In this document: piece after piece, positions 1 through 9,182 of the stretch | Layout: each line of letters starts with the position of its first letter | Position numbering within the stretch: the first letter of the stretch is position 1 | Origin: Ruminococcus sp. | GTDB lineage: Bacteria; Bacillota; Clostridia; Oscillospirales; Acutalibacteraceae | Assembly: GCA_017411835.1 (NCBI GenBank) | Contig: JAFQPG010000005.1 | Coordinates: 52,774 to 116,773, forward strand | DNA: 64,000 bases | Reading direction: 5' to 3' | Notes under the pieces: model-generated | Databases searched by the model: none | Told to the model about the DNA's origin: nothing | The model's input: the letters and a program-made list of their open reading frames with translations, nothing else | Program-made: the position numbers and the translations under genes

Positions 1-976
1 GCTGTGCAAGACGATTTGCAAACTCGTCTGATTTTGCATAACACTCGGCTAGATACGCTTTGTCTTTTACAAATTCTTCGTAGCGTTTACGAATTGGAGA
101 GAGCTCAGCAATAACAGCTTCGCCTACTGCAGTTTTGAAATCGCCGTAGCCCTTACCATCAAAGTCGTGCTCAATCTGCTCAAATGTAAGACCGGTAACA
201 GCAGAGTAAATAGACATCAGGTTATTGATGCCATGCTTGCCCTCGCCGTAGAAAACCTTAGCGTCGTTATCGGTAACGGCACGCTTGAACTTTTTCATAA
301 TAACATCATCGGAGTCAGTAAGCAGTACGCAACCGTTTACGTTTTCGTCAGACTTGCTCATTTTAGAGGTTGGGTTTTGCAGGCTCATAACTCGTGCACC
401 GTTTTTCGGAATAAAGCCTTCAGGCACCTTAAAGGTGTTGCCGTAAATACCATTAAAGCGTGTAGCAATATCGCGTGCAAGCTCTAAGTGCTGTTTCTGG
501 TCAGCACCGATAGGAACTAAGTCAGCCTGATATAAAAGGATATCGCCTGCCATAAGCACAGGGTAGGTAAACAAACCTGCGTTGATGTTGTCTGCGTGCT
601 TTGCACTTTTGTCCTTAAACTGTGTCATACGTGAAAGCTCGCCATACTGGGTATAGCAGTTTAGTATCCAAGCAAGCTGTGAGTGTGCAGGCACGTGGCT
701 TTGGATAAAGAACGGAGATTTTTCTGTATCAATACCGCAAGCTAAGATAGAAGCGTAAGCATCGTAGAGATTTTTTCTAAAGGTTGCGGTATCCTGTCTT
801 ACTGTGATTGTGTGTAAATCAGCTAAAGCATACAGACAGTTATAGTCTTCGTTTTCCTGCATTTTTACCCAGTTGCGTACAGCGCCTAAATAATTGCCTA
901 AAGTGATTGTGCCACTAGGCTGGATGGCGGATAAAACGACCTTTTTCTTTGCTGGAGTTTGTACTGTTTCTTGCAT
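1..976 (-). CDS. trpS: Tryptophan--tRNA ligase (3' end runs off the window)
   Basis: Not in the ORF track; translated by hand from ATG at 976: MQETVQTPAKKKVVLSAIQPSGTITLGNYLGA (HIGH-like TLGN) ... VPIGADQKQHLELARD ... KMSKS; class Ic aaRS motifs. Confidence 0.97.
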   Translation of the reverse strand, partial: MQETVQTPAKKKVVLSAIQPSGTITLGNYLGAVRNWVKMQENEDYNCLYALADLHTITVRQDTATFRKNLYDAYASILACGIDTEKSPFFIQSHVPAHSQLAWILNCYTQYGELSRMTQFKDKSAKHADNINAGLFTYPVLMAGDILLYQADLVPIGADQKQHLELARDIATRFNGIYGNTFKVPEGFIPKNGARVMSLQNPTSKMSKSDENVNGCVLLTDSDDVIMKKFKRAVTDNDAKVFYGEGKHGINNLMSIYSAVTGLTFEQIEHDFDGKGYGDFKTAVGEAVIAELSPIRKRYEEFVKDKAYLAECYAKSDEFANRLAQ

Positions 977-1005
977 AAAAATCACCTTTTTTAAATCTGT
1001 AATAG

Positions 1006-2199
1006 TTATCTGATAAATTCTTTTGCGACCTGAGCGATAATCTTGATGCCCTTTGTAAGCTCATCATCGGTAGGTGTTGAGAAGTTGATTCTGAATGAAT
1101 CACAAGGAATTGCGCTGTCGGTTAAGAAAGCGTTGCCGGGTACTACGCAAACCTTTTTGTCAGTTAATGCCTTGCAAAAGCTTAGCATATCAACAGACTG
1201 TGGGAGCGTGCACCATATAAAAAGGCCACCCTCGATTTTGTTGTATGTAATGCCTGTAGGAACAACGTACTCGTCGAGAAGCTCCATACACAGGTTTGCT
1301 TTTTTTGTATAAAGCTGACGCAGGTAGTTTAAATGACCTTTGAAATCGTACTTTGTCATAAATTCGTTGCAAACCATCTGTGACCACATAGCAGTGTGAA
1401 CGTCCTGTCCTTGCTTGCATACGATCATTTTCGCCATAGCGTCTTTGTTTGCTACCATATAGCCTACTCTGATACCAGGGGATACTACCTTTGAGAATGA
1501 GCCCGAGTAGATAACAATGCCGTCGGTATCAAAGCTCTTGATACAAGGAACATCCTCGCCTGAATATCTGAGGTCTCCGTAAGGGTTGTCCTCGATAATC
1601 AGTACGCCGTATTTTTTAGCAAGCTCATAGAGAGCCTTACGCTTTTCAAGACTCATGGTTACTCCCGACGGATTTTGGAAATTCGGGATAGTGTAAATGA
1701 GCTTGGTGTTAGGATAAGCTTTGAGCTTTTCTTCAAGTTCCTTTATATTCATACCATCTTTTTCGACGGTAACACCAACTAAATTTGTGTTATAACTGCG
1801 GAAGGTGTTGAGTGCACCGACAAAGGACGGAGCCTCGCAAATGAGGGTATCGCCTTCATTTAAAAAGGTTTTTGCGGCAATGTCCATAACCTGCTGTGCA
1901 CCGGATACGATAATAAGCTCATCACTATCGCTAATGATATTAAGCTCCTCTTTAAGATACTTTTTTAGTGTATCTCTAAGTGGGGTATAGCCGTCGCTTA
2001 TGCCGTACTGAAGCACTGAGATTGGATTATCATTTAAAAGATTTTGTGAAATCTCTTTGATTGCATCAACAGGGAAAGCATCAGGAGCAGGGTTGCCTGC
2101 TGACAAAGAAATAACGCCGGGATCAGAGGCGCTTTTCAAAATCTCTCTTATTGCGTTTGGTTTAAGCGCTAAAACCTTGTCTGAAAAGTTGTATTTCAT
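1006..2199 (-). CDS. PLP-dependent aminotransferase class I/II (2-aminoadipate/aromatic transaminase-like)
   Basis: ISLSAGNP, YTIPNFQNPSG, IIEDNPY, SGSFSKVVSPGIRVG (PLP lysine) motifs; probably co-transcribed with trpS. Confidence 0.92.
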   Translation of the reverse strand: MKYNFSDKVLALKPNAIREILKSASDPGVISLSAGNPAPDAFPVDAIKEISQNLLNDNPISVLQYGISDGYTPLRDTLKKYLKEELNIISDSDELIIVSGAQQVMDIAAKTFLNEGDTLICEAPSFVGALNTFRSYNTNLVGVTVEKDGMNIKELEEKLKAYPNTKLIYTIPNFQNPSGVTMSLEKRKALYELAKKYGVLIIEDNPYGDLRYSGEDVPCIKSFDTDGIVIYSGSFSKVVSPGIRVGYMVANKDAMAKMIVCKQGQDVHTAMWSQMVCNEFMTKYDFKGHLNYLRQLYTKKANLCMELLDEYVVPTGITYNKIEGGLFIWCTLPQSVDMLSFCKALTDKKVCVVPGNAFLTDSAIPCDSFRINFSTPTDDELTKGIKIIAQVAKEFIR

Positions 2200-2416
2200 A
2201 TTATCACCTTCATAAACTAATCAATTTATAGTAACATATATTAGTAATTTTTGCAACAAAATTGGGCTTTGAAGTAAAGCTGTGCCATAAAAAATGTCGA
2301 AAATATCAGCAAATTCGCATATTTACGCAAATTTTTGTTGTATAAAAAAAGATTTTGTAGTATAATGCTATGTGTATTTTTATTTTTTGAAGCAGTTTAC
2401 GAGAGGAGGAGCAATA

Positions 2417-3628
2417 ATGGACTTTGATTTCAATGATAACATTGACTTTGAAGAAGAGAAACGTCGAAGAGACTCAAGAGCTGTTCGTAGCGCGCAACGC
2501 GAAAAAGCAAGAAGAAAAAAGCTTTTTGCAAGACGTGCAACCATTGTTGGTATTATGCTCCTTATAGTCGTGCTTATTGTTACGCTGATTATCGTCGGCG
2601 TAAATGCGCTGATTAAGTCTATCGGTGGCGGCGGTGTAGAAGAAACAACCGCTCCTACCGTTGCTCCTACTGAAGCACCGACTACTTTGAATTTTAAAGA
2701 GCCTGAAATTCCTGACGATAAAAAGTCAAAGGGTTATTTTTCAAGTGCAAATGGCGCTGTGTATATTTATGAAAAGGCTGCTTACGAGATTTTTTCAGGT
2801 GATGAAGCATCTGCTAAAAGCTATGCCGAGTGCATCTCTTCTTTTAAAGCCTTACTTGGCGATGATGTTACCGTTTACAATATGGTAGTACCGACACATA
2901 TCGAGTTCGGCGTACCTAAGCGTTTGAAAGAAAACGGCGAGGTTACAACTTCTAATCAGATTGAAAATCTTAAGGCAATTTATAGCAGCTACACCGAAGA
3001 CGTTGTTGCGATTAACTGCTACAACAAGTTGTCTGAACACGTAAAGGAATATCTGTATTTCAATACCGATTATTACTGGACTGGTCTTGGTGCATACTAC
3101 GGATATCAGGCTTTTTGTGAGCAGGCTGATAAAAAGATACTTGATTTATCAATATGCAAGGATAACTCTGCAGAAGGCTTTGAGGGACAGCTTTTATACT
3201 GTGATACGTCACTTTATGAAAACCTTGATACGGTGCACTACTGGACATTCCCATATAACACCTACGCTATGCGTACTGACAGCAACGGTGCTATTCCATA
3301 CGAAACTACTATCTACTATGAAGCGGCGGTCGGAGGACCATATACCTACGGCGCGTTTTTATGGGGCGATTGCCCACTGTTTGTTGAGTACAATAAGGAC
3401 CTTACAAACGGCGAAAAAATCTTGGTTGTAAAAGATTCCTACGGTAACCCGTTTGCACCTTATCTCACAGCAAACTATGAGCAGGTGCACATTATCGACT
3501 ACAGATACTACGACGGTAATCTTATAAAATATTGTACTGAAAACAGTATCGACGAGGTTCTGTTTATAAACAACATTATGTCCGCTAACAGTAGCGGTCA
3601 GCAAGACTCACTTAAATCATTATCATAA
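2417..3628 (+). CDS. DHHW-family (AlgJ/AlgX/DltD-like SGNH) membrane-anchored protein, with the motif altered to DYYW
   Basis: RBS GAGGAGG before ATG 2417; basic N-terminus, one TM helix, T/P/A linker; YFNTDYYWTGLGAY, VVKDSYGNPFAPYL and HIIDYRYY motifs. Confidence 0.85.
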   Translation: MDFDFNDNIDFEEEKRRRDSRAVRSAQREKARRKKLFARRATIVGIMLLIVVLIVTLIIVGVNALIKSIGGGGVEETTAPTVAPTEAPTTLNFKEPEIPDDKKSKGYFSSANGAVYIYEKAAYEIFSGDEASAKSYAECISSFKALLGDDVTVYNMVVPTHIEFGVPKRLKENGEVTTSNQIENLKAIYSSYTEDVVAINCYNKLSEHVKEYLYFNTDYYWTGLGAYYGYQAFCEQADKKILDLSICKDNSAEGFEGQLLYCDTSLYENLDTVHYWTFPYNTYAMRTDSNGAIPYETTIYYEAAVGGPYTYGAFLWGDCPLFVEYNKDLTNGEKILVVKDSYGNPFAPYLTANYEQVHIIDYRYYDGNLIKYCTENSIDEVLFINNIMSANSSGQQDSLKSLS

Positions 3629-3645
3629 AAAGGAGGTGTGACGGT

Positions 3646-4338
3646 ATGCTTGCAAAAAGAGTAAGAGTAAATGTATATGGTGAAATTACAAATGGGCTAT
3701 ACTCGGGTTATTCTAACGCCGAGGGCGTTAACAATGTTTCGTCGTATATTATCTGCAGGAAAAGTGTGAACGACTTTTTCAGAGGTGTTGTTATTGCGGT
3801 TGTGACTCTTAAAAACAAAGAGGTCAAATGTATCGTTGCACCGGAAGGCGAAGTTTTCTACGAGCCTGAAATCAGAGAAAGACTCAAAAGCCTTAGAAAT
3901 GTCGAAATCCAGTCAATGAACTGTTTGTACGAAAAATCCTGCGGTGCGATTATTATCCACAAATCTGCTGAAAATAACTACAAGGTGTTGCTTGTTAAAA
4001 ACCACAACGGCAGATACTGGAGCTTCCCTAAAGGTCACGTTGAAAAGGGTGAAACAGAGGAAGAAACCGCAATCAGAGAAATCAAGGAAGAAACAGGTCT
4101 TGATGTTGAGATTATTAAAAACTTCAGAGAGGTTTCTGACTACTGCCCGTTTGGCAGAATTAAAAAGAGAGTTGTGTTCTTTATGGCGCAGACCTTCTCG
4201 ACAAACGTTAAGGTGCAAAAGGAAGAGATTGACTCTTTTATATGGGTTGATTTGTATGACGTTCATAATAAGTGCACATACGACAACGATTTAAGAGTCA
4301 TTAAAAAAGCACGAGAAAACATCGACAAATTAAAGTAA
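3646..4338 (+). CDS. NUDIX hydrolase (Ap4A hydrolase-like) with a degenerate N-terminal PPase-like domain
   Basis: Nudix box GHVEKGETEEETAIREIKEETG; EKSCGAII and WSFPKG motifs typical of bis(5'-nucleosyl)-tetraphosphatases; RBS AGGAGG. Confidence 0.88.
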   Translation: MLAKRVRVNVYGEITNGLYSGYSNAEGVNNVSSYIICRKSVNDFFRGVVIAVVTLKNKEVKCIVAPEGEVFYEPEIRERLKSLRNVEIQSMNCLYEKSCGAIIIHKSAENNYKVLLVKNHNGRYWSFPKGHVEKGETEEETAIREIKEETGLDVEIIKNFREVSDYCPFGRIKKRVVFFMAQTFSTNVKVQKEEIDSFIWVDLYDVHNKCTYDNDLRVIKKARENIDKLK

Positions 4339-4344
4339 ACGAAA

Positions 4345-4378
4345 ACCCCGCATACGTTAAGTATGCGGGGTGTTTTTT
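4345..4378. terminator. Bidirectional intrinsic terminator
   Basis: ACCCCGCATAC-gttaa-GTATGCGGGGT stem flanked by A and T runs, between convergent genes. Confidence 0.9.
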
Positions 4379-4383
4379 ATGCC

Positions 4384-5538
4384 TTATTTTGTTGTTATCC
4401 ACGCTAAATCGGTATCTGTTGACAGATTATCAATGCTGTATAAAAACAGCACGTGGGTGAAATTTTCGCTCTCTATAAGCTTAGATACGCTTTCTTTATA
4501 GTAACGCATATCTATCATAACAATTTCAGAATAATGGTCTGCTAAAAACGGAGTCAAGGAATGAGCAAAGCTGTCTTTAATAATGAGTAGCTTTTCTTTG
4601 TTGCCGTTTCTTTTTTGCTCTTTGTTTTCAATTTTTGTGTACGGGTGGTTACCATCAAGGAAAACCGGATATTTGTCATCGTCGTTTAAGTTATCGTAAA
4701 AGAACATCGACTCTGACTCGATAGTGTTTTTGCCTTCTGTAATGGTGACAGAAAGCAAGTCGTTGTTTAGCTTCTTGCTTTCCCAAACTTCAATAGTATC
4801 CGGCTTTGTAAACCAGAAACCGCTTGAGGAGTAGGTTGTGCCGTAAAAATCGTCGTAGGAAGTGATTTTATAATCTTCTTTTGTATTCGGAGTAAAGCCG
4901 AGATTATCTGCTAAATCACAGTAAGCAATGTACGCGCCATTGGTTGTCCAATGGTGGTCGGTTTTGTAGTAAACATCTGTGCCGTTTGAGTACGCTTCTT
5001 TAAATTCATCTCTTATATCAACAAAGGCAACCTGACTGTCATTTAAGGTCTTTGATGCTTTGTCAAAGTTTTCGTCATCGTTATATATGATATGCTTGTT
5101 AGGCAGGATATCGTTTGCAATATAGCCTGTTGATGGTGCAAGCATAACAGTGGTTGGAATTTTTGTTTCCTTTGAAAACTGAGCGATAGTGCTGATGTTG
5201 ATATCAAGACGGGTGTTTTCAGGCGGGTCGTTTATGAGATACCCGTTGTCGCAGTGGTATATGCCGTTTGATAGCGGGTTGCCAAGACCTAAGTTGTAGT
5301 ACGAATTAAGTCCCACCCAGAAATTTCTAAACGGGGTATGGTCACTTAAATACTTTTCAAAGTCCTCGCCGAAATCTCCCGAGAAAAAGCTTTTTGCAGT
5401 AAACCGCGGAAACTCTTCGAGATATCGCTTTTCTGTGGAGCTGTATTCGTTTTTAGGCATAGCGATAAAAAGCATTGCCATCGCGTAAATGAAAATCAAA
5501 AACACGATAGACGGTAAAAATTTTACTGCCTTTTTCAT
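4384..5538 (-). CDS. DHHW-family SGNH protein (AlgJ/DltD-like O-acyltransferase partner)
   Basis: YYKTDHHWTTNGAY, IIKDSFAHSLTPFL and IDMRYY motifs; N-terminal membrane anchor; directly downstream of the MBOAT gene. Confidence 0.9.
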   Translation of the reverse strand: MKKAVKFLPSIVFLIFIYAMAMLFIAMPKNEYSSTEKRYLEEFPRFTAKSFFSGDFGEDFEKYLSDHTPFRNFWVGLNSYYNLGLGNPLSNGIYHCDNGYLINDPPENTRLDINISTIAQFSKETKIPTTVMLAPSTGYIANDILPNKHIIYNDDENFDKASKTLNDSQVAFVDIRDEFKEAYSNGTDVYYKTDHHWTTNGAYIAYCDLADNLGFTPNTKEDYKITSYDDFYGTTYSSSGFWFTKPDTIEVWESKKLNNDLLSVTITEGKNTIESESMFFYDNLNDDDKYPVFLDGNHPYTKIENKEQKRNGNKEKLLIIKDSFAHSLTPFLADHYSEIVMIDMRYYKESVSKLIESENFTHVLFLYSIDNLSTDTDLAWITTK

Positions 5539-5570
5539 AATAAAGCTCCTTTCAAAAAATTTAATCTAAA

Positions 5571-6968
5571 TTAAAATCTGAAATACAAAAACGGGTTGTA
5601 GCTCTGGTTGACAAGGGAAGCGGTGCAAAGGGTCAGGATAACTAAGCAGAATATAGTATCAATCGCGATTTTTACGCCCTTGTTATTAATCTTGCCGTAA
5701 AGGTTGAACATAAGCGGAGTAGACGCGACGGTTGCAATACCGATAAGCGGTAAGAACGAAATCGTGGTCGAAAGTGCGCTTTCTCCGATAACTGTGCCTG
5801 CAAAAGAGTACATATTCACGATGAAGTCTATAAGCTGGGACATATCGGTGAAGTAGAACAGCGCCCAACCCATAATGACAAAGAACATCGTGTAGATGTG
5901 CTGAATAAATGAAGGTGCTTTTTTGAGCACATTTTTAAGCAGGAATTTTTCAATAATGAGAAGCACGCCGTAGAAAAGTCCCCACAAAATAAAGTTGTAG
6001 GAAGCACCATGCCAAAAGCCTGTTAAAAACCAAACTATAAGCAGGTTGAGTATCTGTCGTGTGACACCCATTCGGTTACCACCAAGCGGGATGTAGACGT
6101 ATTCTCTAAACCAAGTACCTAAAGAAATATGCCATCTGCGCCAGAACTCGGTAATAGATTTAGATATATACGGATAGTCGAAGTTTTTCAAAAACTCAAA
6201 ACCGAACATATTGCCAAGGCCGCGTGCCATATCCGAATAGCCCGAGAAGTCAAAGTAAATCTGGAAGGTGTAGCCTAAAATACCTATCCAGCTACCAAGC
6301 CAACCATTTACTTGTCCGGACTCTCGTATCATATCCCACATAAGTCCCATCTGGTTAGCGATAAGCACCTTTTTACCAAGACCGATGCAAAACAGCTTTA
6401 CGCCCTTTGTAAAGTCTTTAAGGGTTTCTTTTCTGTGGTCGAGCTGGTAGGCCACGTCTTTATATCGGACAATCGGACCCGCAATCAGCTGTGGGAACAG
6501 CGCAACGTACGTTCCGAAGGTGATGATATTTTTTTGCACAGGGGCATCGTCGCGATAAACGTCGATAGAGTATGACATCGTCTGGAAGGTGTAGAAGCTG
6601 ATGCCGATAGGAAGCGGAACTTGTACGCTAGGCAAAGAGAAGAACGGTATAGCATTTAATGTGTCTGTGATGAAGCCTGCGTATTTGAAAAAGCCGAGCA
6701 GTCCTAAGTTTATGCAAATTGAAGTGATTAGAAATCCTTTTGCGATTTTTCTGTTTTTAGTGCGATATTTGTCGATAAATCGACCACAGGTGTAGTCGAC
6801 AACGGTAGAGAAAAGCATAAGCAAAACGAATACAGGCTCGCCCCAACCGTAGAAAACCAGATTTGCAAAAAAGAGGAAGAGGTTGCGGAATTTATATGGT
6901 ACGGCATAGTAAATCGCCAGCACCGCAGTAAAATATACAAATAAAAACAGTAAACTTGAAAATACCAC
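5571..6968 (-). CDS. MBOAT family O-acyltransferase (AlgI/DltB-like)
   Basis: GTG start after AAAGGAGG gives MVFSSLLFLF; LPIGISFYTFQ, FPQLIAGPIVR, QIYFDFSGYSDMA, EFWRRWHISL, TGFWHGA motifs. Confidence 0.95.
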   Translation of the reverse strand: MVFSSLLFLFVYFTAVLAIYYAVPYKFRNLFLFFANLVFYGWGEPVFVLLMLFSTVVDYTCGRFIDKYRTKNRKIAKGFLITSICINLGLLGFFKYAGFITDTLNAIPFFSLPSVQVPLPIGISFYTFQTMSYSIDVYRDDAPVQKNIITFGTYVALFPQLIAGPIVRYKDVAYQLDHRKETLKDFTKGVKLFCIGLGKKVLIANQMGLMWDMIRESGQVNGWLGSWIGILGYTFQIYFDFSGYSDMARGLGNMFGFEFLKNFDYPYISKSITEFWRRWHISLGTWFREYVYIPLGGNRMGVTRQILNLLIVWFLTGFWHGASYNFILWGLFYGVLLIIEKFLLKNVLKKAPSFIQHIYTMFFVIMGWALFYFTDMSQLIDFIVNMYSFAGTVIGESALSTTISFLPLIGIATVASTPLMFNLYGKINNKGVKIAIDTIFCLVILTLCTASLVNQSYNPFLYFRF

Positions 6969-7190
6969 AACATTGCCTCCTTTCTTTGGCACAAACTTAC
7001 CTATTATAATCTTCTTATATTCTAGTTTGAAAAACGCAAAAAGTCAATGTGAATAAGGACGATAAAAGCAGAAATTTGTCGGTGATTTTTGTAGGTAGAG
7101 TTGAAACTTTTAGTTGAATTTTACTTTTTAAGCAACATATTGTTAATATGTGAGTGTTGATGTATAATTATTTTAAAGGGCGGTGGTTTT

Positions 7191-7535
7191 GTGCGTGAAT
7201 TTTTTACATCTTTAAAAAGCGTTATTATCCTTTCGGTTATATTCGCACTTGTGCTGATAGGATTTAATTTTTATGATATCGCATACGATAAAACTTATGA
7301 ACGCTCATATTACTCAAGCGATGTTGAAAATTTAGATTTAGAGCTTATAAATATCAATACAGCAAGCGAAGAAAAACTTTGCACAATCTCTTATATAACT
7401 GCCGATATCGCACAAAACATCGTAGACTACAGACAAGCTCACGGAGATTTCAAAACTATAGAAGACATACAAAATGTAAAAGGCATCGGTGAAAAAACCT
7501 TTAACAATATCCGCTCAATGATAACAGTAAATTAA
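7191..7535 (+). CDS. ComEA-like helix-hairpin-helix DNA-binding membrane protein
   Basis: N-terminal TM; ININTASEEKL ... IVDYRQAHGDFKTIEDIQNVKGIGEKTF. Confidence 0.88.
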   Translation: MREFFTSLKSVIILSVIFALVLIGFNFYDIAYDKTYERSYYSSDVENLDLELININTASEEKLCTISYITADIAQNIVDYRQAHGDFKTIEDIQNVKGIGEKTFNNIRSMITVN

Positions 7536-7541
7536 AAAAGC

Positions 7542-7618
7542 GGGAGACACTTCGTAAAGAAGTGCTCTCCCATTGTCTTTTTATATAAATAATGACACTT
7601 TCAATTTGAAAGTGTCAT
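7542..7618. terminator. Two adjacent hairpins between convergent genes
   Basis: GGGAGACACTTC/GAAGTGCTCTCCC (7542-7571) and the perfect 13-bp inverted repeat ATGACACTTTCAA-t-TTGAAAGTGTCAT (7592-7618). Confidence 0.7.
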
Positions 7619-7633
7619 AGTTGATTACATACT

Positions 7634-8047
7634 TTAAAATAAAATGTTTTTCTTAAAGTCTTCGTTACAGCGAGGACAATGAATTTTCTGATTACCGGTT
7701 CGCTTTTTAAGTCTAAGCTGCGATTTACAGTAAGGGCATTTTACGTATCGGTGAGTTTTAAAATCACGGATTTTATAGTACTGTCTTTTAAAGAAAGTAG
7801 AAACCACCGTATATATTTTTATATATTGGTTGTTTTCGTAAAGTCTTTTGTTTATGTTTTTTGATAACGCTCTAAAAATATATAAACCAAACGGCACCAT
7901 AGCTACAATAAAAAGCCAAGGTGAGCGTACAAAGACATAAATTGCATAAATAATAGCAGTTAATATCAGCAAAAAGGTGTTCAATTTATCATTGCCGTAG
8001 CGTCCCTGCATAAAGGACGCAAGTTTATACATAAAGTTTTTAAACAT
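7634..8047 (-). CDS. Two-TM membrane protein with a C-terminal zinc ribbon
   Basis: MQGRYGNDKL N-terminus, 2 TM helices, CPYC...CPRC. Confidence 0.8.
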   Translation of the reverse strand: MFKNFMYKLASFMQGRYGNDKLNTFLLILTAIIYAIYVFVRSPWLFIVAMVPFGLYIFRALSKNINKRLYENNQYIKIYTVVSTFFKRQYYKIRDFKTHRYVKCPYCKSQLRLKKRTGNQKIHCPRCNEDFKKNILF

Positions 8048-8121
8048 AATATCTTCCTTAAAATGTCGTTTAGATTATATTATCATACAGTAAACGCCAT
8101 TTCAAGAATAATCTGTAAACA

Positions 8122-9069
8122 TTATTTTAAATTAAGTGAGGAATAGGACTCGTTTAAAATAGCGGCACTTTCCCTAAGCTTTTTTGCTTCGTCACGCTCT
8201 AAAGACAGTTCGAGTATTGAACAAACACCGGTTCTGTTGATTATACAAGGATTGCCGATAAAAACATCTTTAAGAGCGTATTCATTGCTCATTTTTGAGG
8301 ATATAGTCAGCACGCTGTTTTCGTTTTGAAAAATAGCCCTGATTATGCGTACTATCGCCATACCGATGCCGTAGTAGGTAGCCTGCTTTGCTTTTATAAT
8401 CTGCTGGGCTGAGGTGCGTACCTGTGTAGATATTTTTTCAAGCTCGGAAAAATTAAATTTATCTTTGTTGTCAGTTATTACATCATAAAGCGGTTTTGTA
8501 GCAATAAGCGCCTGTGACCAAGGTACAAACTCAGAGTCCCCGTGCTCACCGATAACATAAGCGTGCATATTTCTAGGGTCAATGTGAAAGTATTTTCCGA
8601 GCAAATACCTAAGTCGTGCGGTGTCGAGCGTAGTGCCCGTACCGATAACCCTTTTTGGGTCAAAGCCCGACATCTTGTAGGTTATGCGTGTCATAATGTC
8701 CACAGGGTTTGTCGCAACCAAAAAAATACCATTAAACCCGCTATTTACAACAGGGGTGACGATTGACTCGAAGACCTGAGCGTTGCGTGATAAAAGCTCA
8801 AGTCGCGATTCGCCCTCTTTTTGATTTACGCCCGCACATATAACGACAATGTCGGCATCTTTACAGTCGCTGTATTCCCCTGCATATATACGCATAGCGG
8901 TGTGGGAAAAAGCAAGTCCATGGTTTAAATCCATCGCTTCTCCGATTGCTTTTTCGCGGTTGATATCAATGAGCACCAGCTCGTCACAGGCGTTCTGATT
9001 TAAACAGGCGTATGCAAAGCTCATACCAACCATACCCGTACCGATGAGCACAACCTTTCTATTATCCAT
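8122..9069 (-). CDS. ldh: L-lactate dehydrogenase
   Basis: IGTGMVG Rossmann motif, GVNQKEGESRLEL (Gln specificity residue), ATNPVD, GTTLDTARLR, GEHGDS. Confidence 0.95.
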   Translation of the reverse strand: MDNRKVVLIGTGMVGMSFAYACLNQNACDELVLIDINREKAIGEAMDLNHGLAFSHTAMRIYAGEYSDCKDADIVVICAGVNQKEGESRLELLSRNAQVFESIVTPVVNSGFNGIFLVATNPVDIMTRITYKMSGFDPKRVIGTGTTLDTARLRYLLGKYFHIDPRNMHAYVIGEHGDSEFVPWSQALIATKPLYDVITDNKDKFNFSELEKISTQVRTSAQQIIKAKQATYYGIGMAIVRIIRAIFQNENSVLTISSKMSNEYALKDVFIGNPCIINRTGVCSILELSLERDEAKKLRESAAILNESYSSLNLK

Positions 9070-9182
9070 AAAATCACCTTTTCCTTTTCTTTTATTCTTT
9101 GTAAAAGGCTTAAAAAATATGTGTAAAATCTTGAACTTGGGTTTTGGTAACGCTATAATAAATTTATACAGGTGGTGAGAGC

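Noticed and set aside
167-487. 106-aa plus-strand ORF from the ORF track
   Set aside because: Antisense shadow of trpS, which occupies 1-976 on the minus strand
2200-2370. T-box upstream of the aminotransferase-trpS unit
   Set aside because: No AGGGTGGNACCGCG T-box sequence or specifier stem seen on the minus strand
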